A DNA stretch of 64,000 nucleotides from an uncultured Eubacteriales bacterium (GCA_964537875.1 CAZIDN010000007.1:6720-70719), one strand, 5' to 3'. Numbered from the stretch's first letter, positions 49,974 to 60,488 are shown. Notes: a model not told the origin generated them from the sequence alone. Numbers and translations: made by a program.

Positions 49974-52900
49974 CTAGAATCCCGGATAGAAGCTGAATTG
50001 CCAGTAGCCGCTCTTACTGTAGAGGGGACGGTCGAACGGCCAGACATAGTTGACGCCGAGCACGAGATACCCCAGGAGGTTGACTCTCAGGCCGAAACCC
50101 GCGCTGGAAATGGGCTTCTGGATTCCATGCGGCGAAAGGATCGGCAAGCGCGGACTGTTGGTGGAATCCCAGGCGACTCCGACATCATAGAAGGCCAGGA
50201 AATCCACGGGGAAGATCCCGTAAAATCCCTTGCCGATTCCCAGGGCCCCGAACAGCGGAAAACGCAGTTCAAAATTGGCGACCATCATCCGGCTTCCCCA
50301 CAGCCTGTTGAAATCGAAAGTATCTTTGGTTTCGGGATCGACTTCCTGCGCGGTAAAGGACCCGTAGTTGTAGCCCCGCACGAGAGTATCGTATCCGAGA
50401 AACATCGGATACAGCCTCTGATCATCAGAGCCCTTTCCATAGCGTCCATAAGTCATGACACGGAAGGCCAAGGTGAACGGCTTGACGGGCATTAAATACC
50501 GCCTGTAATCCCCCAACAAGGAATAAAATTTGAGCGATCCGACGGTAGGCGAAGCCTCGAGTCTGTAGCTCTGGCCCAGAATCGGGGCTGTCGCGCCGAA
50601 GAAGGCGCTGTCATAGACCAAGGCGGCGGAGGCATAGGCCATGGCCAGGCCCGGAGGGGACGGCAGCTTGGTTTTTTCATCCAAGATGAGGGTGTTGTCG
50701 TACATGGAGTAAGCGCGGGTGTAGACGACATTGTTAAAATCAATGTAATTTAGTCCAGCCGACAATTCAAACCGTTGCATCTGACTGAAAGGATAGGAAG
50801 CAAAGCCTCCGATCTGATAATAGATCTGTCGATAAAGAACTTCCTCTTCGATATAGGCCGGCTCATTGAAGACATAGTCTGTGTAGACGTTATAGCCGCC
50901 ATAAACATAGGGGATGCGATAGGCAATGGCCCCCCAATTCAGGCGATTCCTCGAGTTCACGTACTGGGCGAGGAAAGAGGAATCTTCCAGCCGGTTGTAG
51001 ACCTGGACCATCGTGGCCAGGTTATGGAAGCCGAGCATGTCGCTCCAGAACAGGGTGATCCCGCCGCCCCCGTAGGTGCCGTAGCGGTCGACGCCGACTC
51101 CCATCTGGGGCGGCGTGGCAAAGTCCAGGGACAGCTTGGGCTTGTACTGGCTGAAGCCGAATTTGGTTGCATCCGGAAGCCCGAACCAGGGATTCTTGAG
51201 CAGTCCGAGAATCTCGGATCCGGATCGCTCTTTGGGAGGCAGCACGGCCGGAGAGTATTGCCCTGCCGGGACCTCCACGGCTTTGCCCGCCAGCAAATCA
51301 TGAGGTTCGATGGTGTAGATGCTGAAATTTCCGTCGTCATAGACGCTATACAGCAGGTCATTCGTTTTCGCTGCGATCGACAGGGCCGGGCTGAGCTGGG
51401 TTATCCCGCTGACCCCGGTATAGAGGTTGGTGACCTCGGTTACATTTCCGGATTCGATGGCCAGCCTGTACACGTTGGGAATGCCGTTTTGGTCGGAGAT
51501 AAAGTGGAGACTCTTGGAATCCGATGACCATTGGGGATTGACGCTTTTTGCGGCATCAAATGTTTTCAGCTCCTTGATCTCGCCCGATTCAGGATCCATC
51601 AAGGCCAGACGGAAACCGCCCATATTCAACACATCCATCTTCGTCGTGAATCGTTCGGTCACGAAGGCGATCGTGCGTCCGTCCGGCGACCAGACGGGAT
51701 GAATATCTCCGTAGGGATCCCCCGTCATATTCTTCAGTTTCTTCGTTTCCAGGTCATAGATATAGAGATCGGTATAGCCGCCGGCCAATCCCGAGAAGGC
51801 GATCTTTTTGCCGTCCGGTGACCAGGTCGGGTTGAGGATCTCGCCGAGTTCGGGGAACTTGATTTCCTCGCTGATCTTCTGACCTTCGACATCGAGAAGG
51901 GCCAGCACCGGCTTGCCGGCGCTCACCGCCCCGAAGACAAACTGTTTGCCCGTCATGTCCCAGGAGCCGGCGGAATTGATAAACTGGATGCTCTGGAAAT
52001 GGGGATCTACAGACGTCCGGGTGATTCTTCTGGTCGTTTTTCCCGTCTTTGCGTCTCCGATGAACATATCGAGTGAGAACAAGTCTCTCGAAGAAATGTA
52101 GACAAACTTCTTGCCGTCCGGGCTGAGCACGGGAGCGACATTATACGGGTCGTATTCAGAGCCTTTGACCAGCAGCCGTCCCGTCGCCGTCGGGGGCTGG
52201 GTTGTCTGCTGGTAGGGGCTGTAATCTTTCTTCAGGGCGGCCTGCCAGTCTTCGGACAATTTTTTCAAGTTGATGCCGAGCGCCCTTTCCATGGCCTTCT
52301 CGTAGTCGGCGCCCCGGACGATGTCTTTCATCACTTTAACCACGACCAGGTCGCCCCAACGGCCGCCGATATACGCCCAGACCGCCTGGCCGTAGCGGTA
52401 GGGAAAATAGCGATAAGGATCCCTGAGGTCTTTGATCGTGGGCATCTTCTTTTTCTTGATCACATCCCGCATCCACATCGCCGTGTTCGAGTCCACGGGA
52501 CCGATCGAAAGATATTCGGCCATCCCCTCGACGACCCAGAGGGGCGCCCGTTCCAAGCCGCCCATGCTCTGTCCGGAATACTGTTGAGCCGGCCCGGCCG
52601 CCATATCGTACTGGAAGGCATGGACCAGCTCGTGGCCGATGACATGGTCTGTTTCTTCGAGCGAGGCGCCGAAGGGCAGGATGATGCGCCGCTTCATGGA
52701 TTCCGTGACGCCGCCCGTCCCTTCGCCGATGATATCGGACAGGACCGTGGTCTGCTCAAACTGAGGGTGGCTGGCGTACATAATCAGGGCCTGGCGGCCG
52801 CGCAGTTCGTAATTGAAGAGCCGGGCGTATCTCTTGTACCAGCGCTCGGCCATCCGGGCGCCCACCTTGGTAGCCTGTTCTTCCTCCGGATAAAAATAGA

Positions 52901-53072
52901 CGTCGAAATGCTCGGTCTTTAAAACTCTATAATCAAATTTCTCGTATTGGACCTTGTTCCGGCCGAAGTACTGCCCGAACACGGGCTGTAGGGTCAACAC
53001 CAGGCCTAAACACAGGGCAGCCAAGAAAAAAACCGTCTTCCGAGGGCGTTTTAACATTATCCTTGAAATCAT
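49974..53072 (-). CDS. Fusion outer-membrane protein: N-terminal HExxH metallopeptidase-like domain, PD40/TolB beta-propeller, and C-terminal Omp85/BamA-type beta-barrel
   Basis: A signal peptide (MISRIMLKRPRKTVFFLAALCLGLVL) at the ATG 53072 is preferred over the tracked start. The HELVHAFQYD motif is present. Repeated SPDGKKIAF blades are present. The C-terminus (...FELRFPLF...GFGLRVNLLGYLVLGVNYVWPF...FSFYPGF) resembles the PF01103 barrel. Confidence 0.5.
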   Translation of the reverse strand: MISRIMLKRPRKTVFFLAALCLGLVLTLQPVFGQYFGRNKVQYEKFDYRVLKTEHFDVYFYPEEEQATKVGARMAERWYKRYARLFNYELRGRQALIMYASHPQFEQTTVLSDIIGEGTGGVTESMKRRIILPFGASLEETDHVIGHELVHAFQYDMAAGPAQQYSGQSMGGLERAPLWVVEGMAEYLSIGPVDSNTAMWMRDVIKKKKMPTIKDLRDPYRYFPYRYGQAVWAYIGGRWGDLVVVKVMKDIVRGADYEKAMERALGINLKKLSEDWQAALKKDYSPYQQTTQPPTATGRLLVKGSEYDPYNVAPVLSPDGKKFVYISSRDLFSLDMFIGDAKTGKTTRRITRTSVDPHFQSIQFINSAGSWDMTGKQFVFGAVSAGKPVLALLDVEGQKISEEIKFPELGEILNPTWSPDGKKIAFSGLAGGYTDLYIYDLETKKLKNMTGDPYGDIHPVWSPDGRTIAFVTERFTTKMDVLNMGGFRLALMDPESGEIKELKTFDAAKSVNPQWSSDSKSLHFISDQNGIPNVYRLAIESGNVTEVTNLYTGVSGITQLSPALSIAAKTNDLLYSVYDDGNFSIYTIEPHDLLAGKAVEVPAGQYSPAVLPPKERSGSEILGLLKNPWFGLPDATKFGFSQYKPKLSLDFATPPQMGVGVDRYGTYGGGGITLFWSDMLGFHNLATMVQVYNRLEDSSFLAQYVNSRNRLNWGAIAYRIPYVYGGYNVYTDYVFNEPAYIEEEVLYRQIYYQIGGFASYPFSQMQRFELSAGLNYIDFNNVVYTRAYSMYDNTLILDEKTKLPSPPGLAMAYASAALVYDSAFFGATAPILGQSYRLEASPTVGSLKFYSLLGDYRRYLMPVKPFTLAFRVMTYGRYGKGSDDQRLYPMFLGYDTLVRGYNYGSFTAQEVDPETKDTFDFNRLWGSRMMVANFELRFPLFGALGIGKGFYGIFPVDFLAFYDVGVAWDSTNSPRLPILSPHGIQKPISSAGFGLRVNLLGYLVLGVNYVWPFDRPLYSKSGYWQFSFYPGF

Positions 53073-53432
53073 GGTCAGGTCTCCTTTCCGCGGCTTGCCG
53101 CCCGGAGGGGCAGCCGCAGGTTTAAATATAGGTAATCCTATAGGATTTGTCAATTCTAAGGTGGAGCACAAATCTTTCATCCTGGTCTCTTGCCTCTCTT
53201 GTATACAAAAAACGTGCCAAGTCAGCCTTCCTGAACGAAGAAAAAGGGAAGGCCCAGACTGTCCTTTGTTGGTGACAACTGACTGTCCTCAAGGTCATTG
53301 CTTGCATATCTTAACCCATAAATTAGACAATTCAAAATCAACTTTTCTTGGCACGGCCATCCCCTTCTAATCATTAAAGATATGAGGTGATGCGGGCCAA
53401 ATTCCGCAGATTGCGGAAGACAGCCCCGGAAT

Positions 53433-56087
53433 TCATCGAATCTCGATCTTTGCGGTCAGGACCTGGTCAGGCCATTCGGCCGCCTGCCCCTTGAAGCCGG
53501 GCTGGATTCCTCCGACGGACACCTCAAACACCCCCGGTTCGACAGCCCTCTTAAGATCCTTGCCAATCAGCGAAAATTGTTCGGGCCTCAGGCTGAATCT
53601 GACGGTTTTCTTTTCTCCGGGGTTCAAGAAAACCCTCTCAAAACCCTGCAGCGCCTTTAGAGGAACCGGAACGGAAGCTACGACATCCGTGAGGTAAAGT
53701 TGGACGACCTCCTCACCCGCCTTGGCTCCTATGTTCTGGACGTCCACGGCGACAGTCACGTCGCGATCGGCCGTTACGATTTCGGGGACCGCAAGATTCG
53801 AATACTCGAATTTCGTGAAGCTCAGCCCGAAGCCGAACGGATAAAGCGGCCGGCCTTGGAAATAGCGGTAGGTGCGTCCTTTCATCGCATAATCCTTAAA
53901 AGGAGGGAGGTCGTTCACGGACCTATAAAATGTGACCGGCAGCCGGCCGCCCGGATTATAGTCGCCGAACAAAACGTCGGCGACGGCATACCCGGCTGCC
54001 TGGCCGGGGTACCAGGCTTCGATGATAGCGGGGATGTTCTCGCTGGCCCAGTTGACCGCCACGGCGCTGCCATTCAGAAGGACCAGGACGACCGGCTTGC
54101 CGAGCCCGGCGACCGACTTCATGAGGTCCTCCTGGACGGCCGGCAGGTCAAGGGTGAGCCTGTCCCCGCCCGCAAACCCCTCTACGGGCACATCCATCTC
54201 TTCTCCCTCGAGCCGCGGGGACAGGCCCATGGCCAAGATCACGACATCCGCTTTCCCGGCTTTTTCCAGGGCCTCTTTCTTGTGATCGATGCCGGGCAGC
54301 CTCCATAAAAGCCTGATCTGGGCGTCGCCCGCCCGCTCAAAAAATTCAACCTTGATCTTGTAGCGCTTGCCGCCGAGGAGGTCCACAGGCTTATAGGTTT
54401 TTCGAGGATGATGCGTCCCCTCAAAACTGACAAGAAGCTTTTCGTCGAGAAAAATCCGGAATCCGTTGAACCCTTCGGCGCCGAGCATGTAGATCCCGGA
54501 CACCGGCGGGACGATCTCCCCTGTCCAGCGCACGCCGAAATTGTCCGGGTCAAAATTTGGGTCCGGCGCTCCGTCCCACCAGTTGAAATCGAGCCTCTTG
54601 TCGATACGCATGAACACCGGCTCTCCCTGAAAATCACGGTTATTGAAATATTCGCCCTTCAGGCCGTTCACCGGTTTGCCGGCATCAGAGGTGAGGAAAG
54701 CCGTGGCCGGCACGACTTCCAGGACCGGCATATTCGCCGCCCATTCGCAGCCCAGAGCGTAAAGGACTTTCGTCTCAGGACCGACCTTGTCGATGATTCC
54801 CTGCAAAAGCGTTTCCGGATTGGACGGTGTCCCGTTATAGTTGCCGAGCAGGACTTCCACATCGGCGGCGTTCGGCCCGATAACCGCGATCGTCTTCAAA
54901 GCCCTGGACAAAGGGAGAATTTCCTTATCGTTCTTTAAAAGAACGATCGATTTTCTGGCGGCTTCGAGGGCCAGGATCCTATGCGACTTGCTGTCGACGA
55001 CCGAATAGGGGATCTTCGCGTAGGGCACCATCTCCGGCGGGTCGAACATGCCCAGCTTGAAGCGCGCCCGGAAAAGCCTTTTGACGGAAACGTCGATCTC
55101 TTTCTCTGTGATCCACCCTTTCTTGACGGCCTCCATCAGATTCTTGTACTCGTGGCCGCAGCTGAGATCGCATCCGGATTTCACGGCCAGCGCCGCCGCT
55201 TCGGCCGAAGTTGCGACGATCTTGTGTCCCGCGGTGATATCGGTGATGGCGCCGCAGTCAGAAACGACATATCCGCTGAAACCCCATTCATTGCGCAGGA
55301 TGGACGTCAGCAGACGGGAGCTGCCGCAGCATGCTTCGCCCATGTATCTGTTGTAAGCGCACATCACGGAAAACGCCTTGGCTTCCATGATGCAGGCCTG
55401 GAAATGAGGCAGATAGGACTCGAGGAAGTCCCGCTCGTCCGTGACGGCGTCGAAGGAATGACGGTCTGTCTCGGGCCCGCTGTGGACGACATAATGCTTG
55501 GGCGTTGCGACGACCTTCAAATAACGCGGATCCTGGCCTTGCAGACCCTGGATGAAGGCCACGCCGAAGCGGCCGGTCAAATACGGATCTTCTCCGTACG
55601 TCTCCATCCCCCGGCCCCAGCGCGGGTCGCGGAACAGGTTGATGTTCGGCGACCAGAATGTGAGACCCTGGTAGATCCCGCGCAGGCCCCTCCGGACGAA
55701 CTCGTGGTGTTTGGCCCTGGCTTCGTCCGAAATTGCCGTCGCCACCCTTTGCATGAGATCGGTATCCCAAGTTGCGGCCAGCCCGATGGCTTGGGGAAAA
55801 ACTGTGGCCAGGCCCGCCCGCGCCACGCCGTGCAAGCCTTCGTTCCACCAGTCATATTTTGGAATGTCGAGCCTGTCGACGGCGGCCGCATCGTTCATCA
55901 TCTGGGAGACTTTTTCCTCAAGCGTCATCCGCGAGACCAAATCATAGAGCCGTTTTTCAAGGGGGAGTCCGGGGTCTTTATAAGCCGGCCCAGGACTCAT
56001 CTTTTTCGCGCACCGGCTGCCGCCAACGACAAAGAAAACAGCGATCAAAAGAGGGGAGAAAAGTTTCCAATGACGGCGCACGTCCAT
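53433..56087 (-). CDS. GH3 beta-glucosidase/beta-xylosidase-type enzyme with PA14 insertion, secreted
   Basis: A signal peptide is present. The GH3 nucleophile motif GFSGYVVSDCGAI is present. A PA14-like segment and a C-terminal Fn3-like domain are present. Total length is 884 aa. Confidence 0.8.
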   Translation of the reverse strand: MDVRRHWKLFSPLLIAVFFVVGGSRCAKKMSPGPAYKDPGLPLEKRLYDLVSRMTLEEKVSQMMNDAAAVDRLDIPKYDWWNEGLHGVARAGLATVFPQAIGLAATWDTDLMQRVATAISDEARAKHHEFVRRGLRGIYQGLTFWSPNINLFRDPRWGRGMETYGEDPYLTGRFGVAFIQGLQGQDPRYLKVVATPKHYVVHSGPETDRHSFDAVTDERDFLESYLPHFQACIMEAKAFSVMCAYNRYMGEACCGSSRLLTSILRNEWGFSGYVVSDCGAITDITAGHKIVATSAEAAALAVKSGCDLSCGHEYKNLMEAVKKGWITEKEIDVSVKRLFRARFKLGMFDPPEMVPYAKIPYSVVDSKSHRILALEAARKSIVLLKNDKEILPLSRALKTIAVIGPNAADVEVLLGNYNGTPSNPETLLQGIIDKVGPETKVLYALGCEWAANMPVLEVVPATAFLTSDAGKPVNGLKGEYFNNRDFQGEPVFMRIDKRLDFNWWDGAPDPNFDPDNFGVRWTGEIVPPVSGIYMLGAEGFNGFRIFLDEKLLVSFEGTHHPRKTYKPVDLLGGKRYKIKVEFFERAGDAQIRLLWRLPGIDHKKEALEKAGKADVVILAMGLSPRLEGEEMDVPVEGFAGGDRLTLDLPAVQEDLMKSVAGLGKPVVLVLLNGSAVAVNWASENIPAIIEAWYPGQAAGYAVADVLFGDYNPGGRLPVTFYRSVNDLPPFKDYAMKGRTYRYFQGRPLYPFGFGLSFTKFEYSNLAVPEIVTADRDVTVAVDVQNIGAKAGEEVVQLYLTDVVASVPVPLKALQGFERVFLNPGEKKTVRFSLRPEQFSLIGKDLKRAVEPGVFEVSVGGIQPGFKGQAAEWPDQVLTAKIEIR

Positions 56088-56263
56088 AAGGCCCTCCTTG
56101 AAATTGGGACGGTTATCTACTCCGACGACATCGTTTCAGAAAAGAGGGCCGTCCCTTTGATTGACTTTTTTGATCTGCCCTGCATGGCTTCGATGGGGAC
56201 GATGTTCATCTCGATCCGTTCCTTGCCCCGGATGATGGTCAAGACGAGCGGCTTCCGGGGAAA

Positions 56264-58111
56264 TCACCAGGCGATCCCGTAATCATCGCCGAAATTGCTC
56301 GAGCCTCCCCAGAACGTGCCGTGCTTCCAGTCGAAAAAGATGGCGTTGATCGGACCGGAGGTGTATTTTTTGACATCGAGGGCATAGCCCATGGCTTTAA
56401 GCTTTTCCCGGACATCCGGCGGGACTTTCTCGTTGATCTCGAGCTTTCCCGGAATGGGCCTATGGTCATCAAAAGAGTTTCTCATCTGGTAGCTCGTGAT
56501 GTTTGGCGCTTCGCAGGCCTCCTGGACATTCATCCCCCACTCCACGACATCCAGGAAAAACTGAAGCAGGTTCTGGTCCTGGGTATCCCCTCCCTGGACG
56601 GCGAAGGAAAGGAAGGGCTTCCCGTCCTTGAGGGCGAGACCGGGGGTAAGCGTGGCCCTCGGCCTTTTTCCGGGTGCGATGACGTTGAAAGGATTCTCCG
56701 CTTCGGCCAAGACAAAGCTTTGGGCGCGCTGGCTCTGGCCGATCCCCGTCCTTCCCGCGATCACGGCCGGGACCCAGCCGCCGCTGGGGGTGACAGACAC
56801 GACCCAGCCCTTTTCATCGGCCGCTTGGATGGATGTCGTGCCTCCCCAGAAACTTTCTTCCTTGGCGGCCGTCTCTTTTTCCGAGGGCGGCCACTTCTCC
56901 AAATATCTAAGGAACGGATTCTTTTTGCCTTCGTAAGGATACGGGTCGCCGGGTTTTGTTCCCGGATCGTTCCGGCTCCAATTGATGAGCTTCATTCGCT
57001 CCTTGGCATAGGCTTTGGACAAAAGGCCTCTGATCGGTTCCTCGGGAGGAAAATAGGGATCTCCGTAATAAAAATCGCGGTCGGCGAAGGCCAAGTTCAT
57101 GACCTGATAAAGCGCGTGGATGTAGCTGGCGCTGTTGAAACCCATGGATTCGAGATCCAGGTTCTCCAGCATGTTCAGCGCCTGGAGCATCACCGGTCCC
57201 TGGACCCAGGAATTCAGCTTGTATACGTCGATCCCTTTGTACCTTCCCATCACCGGTTCTTCGATATAGACCTTCCATTTGGCCAGGTCTTCCATGGTGA
57301 TGAGACCGCCCTGTTCTTTGGAGCCGCGGACGAATTCTCGGGCAATGTCGCCCTTGTAGAAGCGGTCATAGGCGGCTAAAAGGGCTTCCTTCCGGTTTTT
57401 TCCCTTGGCCAATGCCTCCTGCTCGGCGCTGACCAATTTTTTCAAGGTCTCCAAAAGGTCCGGCTGGCGGAAAATCTCGCCCGGCAAGGGAGCTTCATGG
57501 TTCTCGCCCAGATGAGGGAGCATGACCTCTTTGGAATAGGGCCACTGCTTGATCTTTTCCTTGTCTTTTTCAATCCTGTCGGCCGTGTCTTTCTCCATCG
57601 GATAGCCCTCTGCCATCTGCATGGCGGGAGCGAGCACATCTTTAAGGCTCATTGTTCCGTATTCGGCCAGCATCGTGATCAGGCCGCCGGGCGTGCCCGG
57701 AGTCACCGCAGACAGCGGGCCGGTCGCCGGCGGATAATTCATCCCCTTGGATCTATAGAACTCGGGCGTCGCCCCGGTCGGGGCCACGCCCAGGGCGTTG
57801 ATGGCTATTACCTTCTTTGTCCCGGGATTGTAGATGAGGGCTTGGGTCTCCCCTCCCCAGCTCAAGACGTCCCACATTGTGCAGACGGCGCCGAGCATGG
57901 CGCAGGCAGCGTCGACGGCGTTCCCGCCTTTGGCGAACATCATGGCGCCTGCCGTAGCGGCAATCGGCTTCCCGGTGATCGCCATCCAGTGCTTTCCGTG
58001 GAGCACCGGCTTTTCCGTCCGCTCAGGATACATCGAATTCGCTCCGATCACGATCATCAAAGCCAATAAGAGAACACATCTTCGACCCCTTGACAAGCCT
58101 TTTGTAAGCAT
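56264..58111 (-). CDS. Gamma-glutamyltranspeptidase (Ntn-hydrolase family)
   Basis: A signal peptide is present. The autoprocessing/nucleophile region GGTTSIQAADEKGWVVSVTPS...AVIAG parallels GGT TTHYSVVDKDGNAVAVT...IVAG. Confidence 0.65.
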   Translation of the reverse strand: MLTKGLSRGRRCVLLLALMIVIGANSMYPERTEKPVLHGKHWMAITGKPIAATAGAMMFAKGGNAVDAACAMLGAVCTMWDVLSWGGETQALIYNPGTKKVIAINALGVAPTGATPEFYRSKGMNYPPATGPLSAVTPGTPGGLITMLAEYGTMSLKDVLAPAMQMAEGYPMEKDTADRIEKDKEKIKQWPYSKEVMLPHLGENHEAPLPGEIFRQPDLLETLKKLVSAEQEALAKGKNRKEALLAAYDRFYKGDIAREFVRGSKEQGGLITMEDLAKWKVYIEEPVMGRYKGIDVYKLNSWVQGPVMLQALNMLENLDLESMGFNSASYIHALYQVMNLAFADRDFYYGDPYFPPEEPIRGLLSKAYAKERMKLINWSRNDPGTKPGDPYPYEGKKNPFLRYLEKWPPSEKETAAKEESFWGGTTSIQAADEKGWVVSVTPSGGWVPAVIAGRTGIGQSQRAQSFVLAEAENPFNVIAPGKRPRATLTPGLALKDGKPFLSFAVQGGDTQDQNLLQFFLDVVEWGMNVQEACEAPNITSYQMRNSFDDHRPIPGKLEINEKVPPDVREKLKAMGYALDVKKYTSGPINAIFFDWKHGTFWGGSSNFGDDYGIAW

Positions 58112-58192
58112 CGCATTTACCTCCCTAGAATATTCCAGCTCACCAATAATCGTTTTATCATCACGAGTATCTCCGGCCTAAATGGAAATTTG

Positions 58193-58445
58193 GATGGGTT
58201 GTCGGAATGGCAGAAGCGACCATAGAGGGTTTAGCCTTCGCGAACCGCCTTTCGAGGGTACCCGCTTGTTCGGGCGCCGAGAATGTATGAGCTTCAGCGA
58301 AAAAGGGCAGTCGCCACAATGAGGACAAGGACACTCTTGATGCAGCTCTGTTTAATCATGCGAGAAACGCAGGCGCCGAGAAAGGCGCGGTGAGCGAACG
58401 GCGTTAAAAACCCGAAAGGGAGCAAGGTCATTCCGACAACCCATC
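58193..58445. mobile_element. MITE-like element: 253 bp bounded by 17-bp perfect terminal inverted repeats GATGGGTTGTCGGAATG / CATTCCGACAACCCATC, with no ORF
   Basis: The inverted repeats are seen directly. The interior contains an internal short repeat GGCGCCGAGAA x2. No target-site duplication is evident. Confidence 0.3.
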
Positions 58446-60488
58446 TCACTTCTTAACCCTGCTCTTCTCGAACCAGGCCATGAGGTAGGCCTGCTGGAGA
58501 AGCCGGTGCGACGGCCGCCTCCAGCCGTGAAATTCCTCGGGCATCCGGACGAGGAGGGTGTCTTTCTTCAACATTTTGAGGGCGCGGTAGAACTCCTCGC
58601 TCTGGCTGATCGGCGTCCGCAGGTCGGCCTCCCCCGTCATGACCATGGTCGGCGTGGTCACGTTGGCCACATAGTTGAGCGGCGAGCGCGCCGCATATTC
58701 CAGCGGATCTTCCCAGGGATATTTTTTGAACTGCTTGTACCAACTCGGGCCGTCCGTGATGCCCACGAAGGAATGCCAGTTGATCACCGGCCGCATGGAA
58801 ACCGCGGCCCGGAAGCGGTTGGTGTGGCCGACGATCCAGGCCGTCAGCACGCCGCCGCCGCTCCCGCCGCAGACGAATAAATTATCCTTGTCAATAAAAC
58901 CCTTGGCCAGGGCCGCATCGACGCCGGCCATCAGATCATCGTAATCTTTGCCGGGATAGGAGTATTGAATGCCATTCACGAAATCCTGGCCGTAGCCCGT
59001 GCTTCCCCTGGGATTCATGAACAGCACCGCATACCCGTTCGCGGCGAAGTTCTGCCAATCCCAATTGAAGGCCACCGAATACATCGACCAGGGGCCGCCG
59101 TGGATATAGAGCAGCATGGGATATTTTTTGGCCGGGTCGAATTCGGCCGGCTTGATCAACCACCCCTGGAGGTCAAGGCCGTCCGGCGCCTTGAACCTTA
59201 GCTCCTCGACGTCGCCGAGCTTGACGTCCGTCAGGATATCGGTATTGACGTCCACGAGTTCTTTGACGGCATCGGGCTTCATCATCTGAAAAGCGACAAG
59301 ACAGCCCGGCCGGTTGGAGGTCGTGAGGATGGCCGCCGCCTGGCCGTTTCTGGCTGTGGAAACACCCGACAGGACATGGGCGCCTTTCGTGATTTTCTTG
59401 ACGGGGCTGGCCAGTCCGGCAAAATAAAGATTGGCCTCGCCGCTCGAATCCATCTGGTAATAGACGCCGGAATTGTCCGGGGCCCAGAAGACATTGGATG
59501 GCGAGCTCGGCAGATTCCCGGCCAGAAGCCGCTTGGCCCCGCCGCTTGAATCCATGAGATAGAGGCTCGAAAGATGGCTCGTGTAATTCTTCTCGTCATA
59601 GCCGGTGTAGGCGACCCATTTCCCGTCCGGGGAGAGGCGCGGGCTTCCATCCGGACCTTTGCGGTCGGTCAAGGCCTTGATCTCCAGAGTTTTGAGGTCG
59701 ACGGCATAGATCTCGGAATCGCCGAACTGGTATTCGGCATCCGGCTTCCGGATGGCGCTGAAATAAATGACCTTTCCGTCGGCCAACCATTGGGGATCAT
59801 TATGCGAATAGTCGCCTGATGTGACCTGCTTGGGCGTCCCTCCCAGCTCGGCATCAATGATAAAGACATGGGTATATCCCTTGGGAAGCCATCCCCGTCC
59901 ATCGGCGCGCCAGGCAAGCCGGTCTACGAGCACGGCCGGCGCTGCCCACTTCGCGCCCTCAGGCCGCTTGGGAAGCTTGACGTTGAGGATCGGCTTATCG
60001 TCCGGAACAAACGCGGTGAAGGCCAGCCTCTTGCCGTCGGGGGACCAGACAAGGCCGGCCGGGGCCCGTTCCAAGTGGGTGAGCTGGGCCACTTCGCCCG
60101 TGTCGAGCCACATGACATGGATCTGGGTCGTTTCGTCGCGTTCCGAAAGAAAGGCGATCTTCTTCCCGTCCGGCGACCAGACCGGCGAAGAATCGCGCCA
60201 GTTGCCGCGGGTCAGCTCCCGGACTCGCTTCCCTTCGATGTCGGCGATCCACAGATTGCTCCGCGATTGATCGTTGATCTTATCGATCCAGCCCCTGGTG
60301 AAGATGATGCTTTTGCCGTCGGGCGAAATCTGGGGGCTGCCGACCGATTCCATTTCAAAATAGGTCTCGGTCTCGAGCAGCTTATAGTTCTTCTGAGCGG
60401 CCGGGGACATTCCCAGCAGAAGAAAAACGGTCGCCAGGCACAGAATGAAAGACCGGAAAAAGTTTTTTTTCATATGATCCTCCGACAT
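58446..60488 (-). CDS. S9-family prolyl oligopeptidase/acylaminoacyl-peptidase (N-terminal beta-propeller plus alpha/beta hydrolase domain), secreted
   Basis: PD40 blades (SPDGKKIAFLS) are present. The nucleophile elbow is GGSGGG. The catalytic Asp/His regions lie in the C-terminal domain. Confidence 0.75.
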   Translation of the reverse strand: MSEDHMKKNFFRSFILCLATVFLLLGMSPAAQKNYKLLETETYFEMESVGSPQISPDGKSIIFTRGWIDKINDQSRSNLWIADIEGKRVRELTRGNWRDSSPVWSPDGKKIAFLSERDETTQIHVMWLDTGEVAQLTHLERAPAGLVWSPDGKRLAFTAFVPDDKPILNVKLPKRPEGAKWAAPAVLVDRLAWRADGRGWLPKGYTHVFIIDAELGGTPKQVTSGDYSHNDPQWLADGKVIYFSAIRKPDAEYQFGDSEIYAVDLKTLEIKALTDRKGPDGSPRLSPDGKWVAYTGYDEKNYTSHLSSLYLMDSSGGAKRLLAGNLPSSPSNVFWAPDNSGVYYQMDSSGEANLYFAGLASPVKKITKGAHVLSGVSTARNGQAAAILTTSNRPGCLVAFQMMKPDAVKELVDVNTDILTDVKLGDVEELRFKAPDGLDLQGWLIKPAEFDPAKKYPMLLYIHGGPWSMYSVAFNWDWQNFAANGYAVLFMNPRGSTGYGQDFVNGIQYSYPGKDYDDLMAGVDAALAKGFIDKDNLFVCGGSGGGVLTAWIVGHTNRFRAAVSMRPVINWHSFVGITDGPSWYKQFKKYPWEDPLEYAARSPLNYVANVTTPTMVMTGEADLRTPISQSEEFYRALKMLKKDTLLVRMPEEFHGWRRPSHRLLQQAYLMAWFEKSRVKK

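Noticed and set aside
48586-58181. Plus-strand ORFs antisense to GHL10, Omp85-fusion, GH3 (such as 54981-56282, 433 aa), GGT (56321-57379) and S9 peptidase genes
   Set aside because: Same reasoning: they are antisense to motif-bearing genes and are high-GC artefacts.
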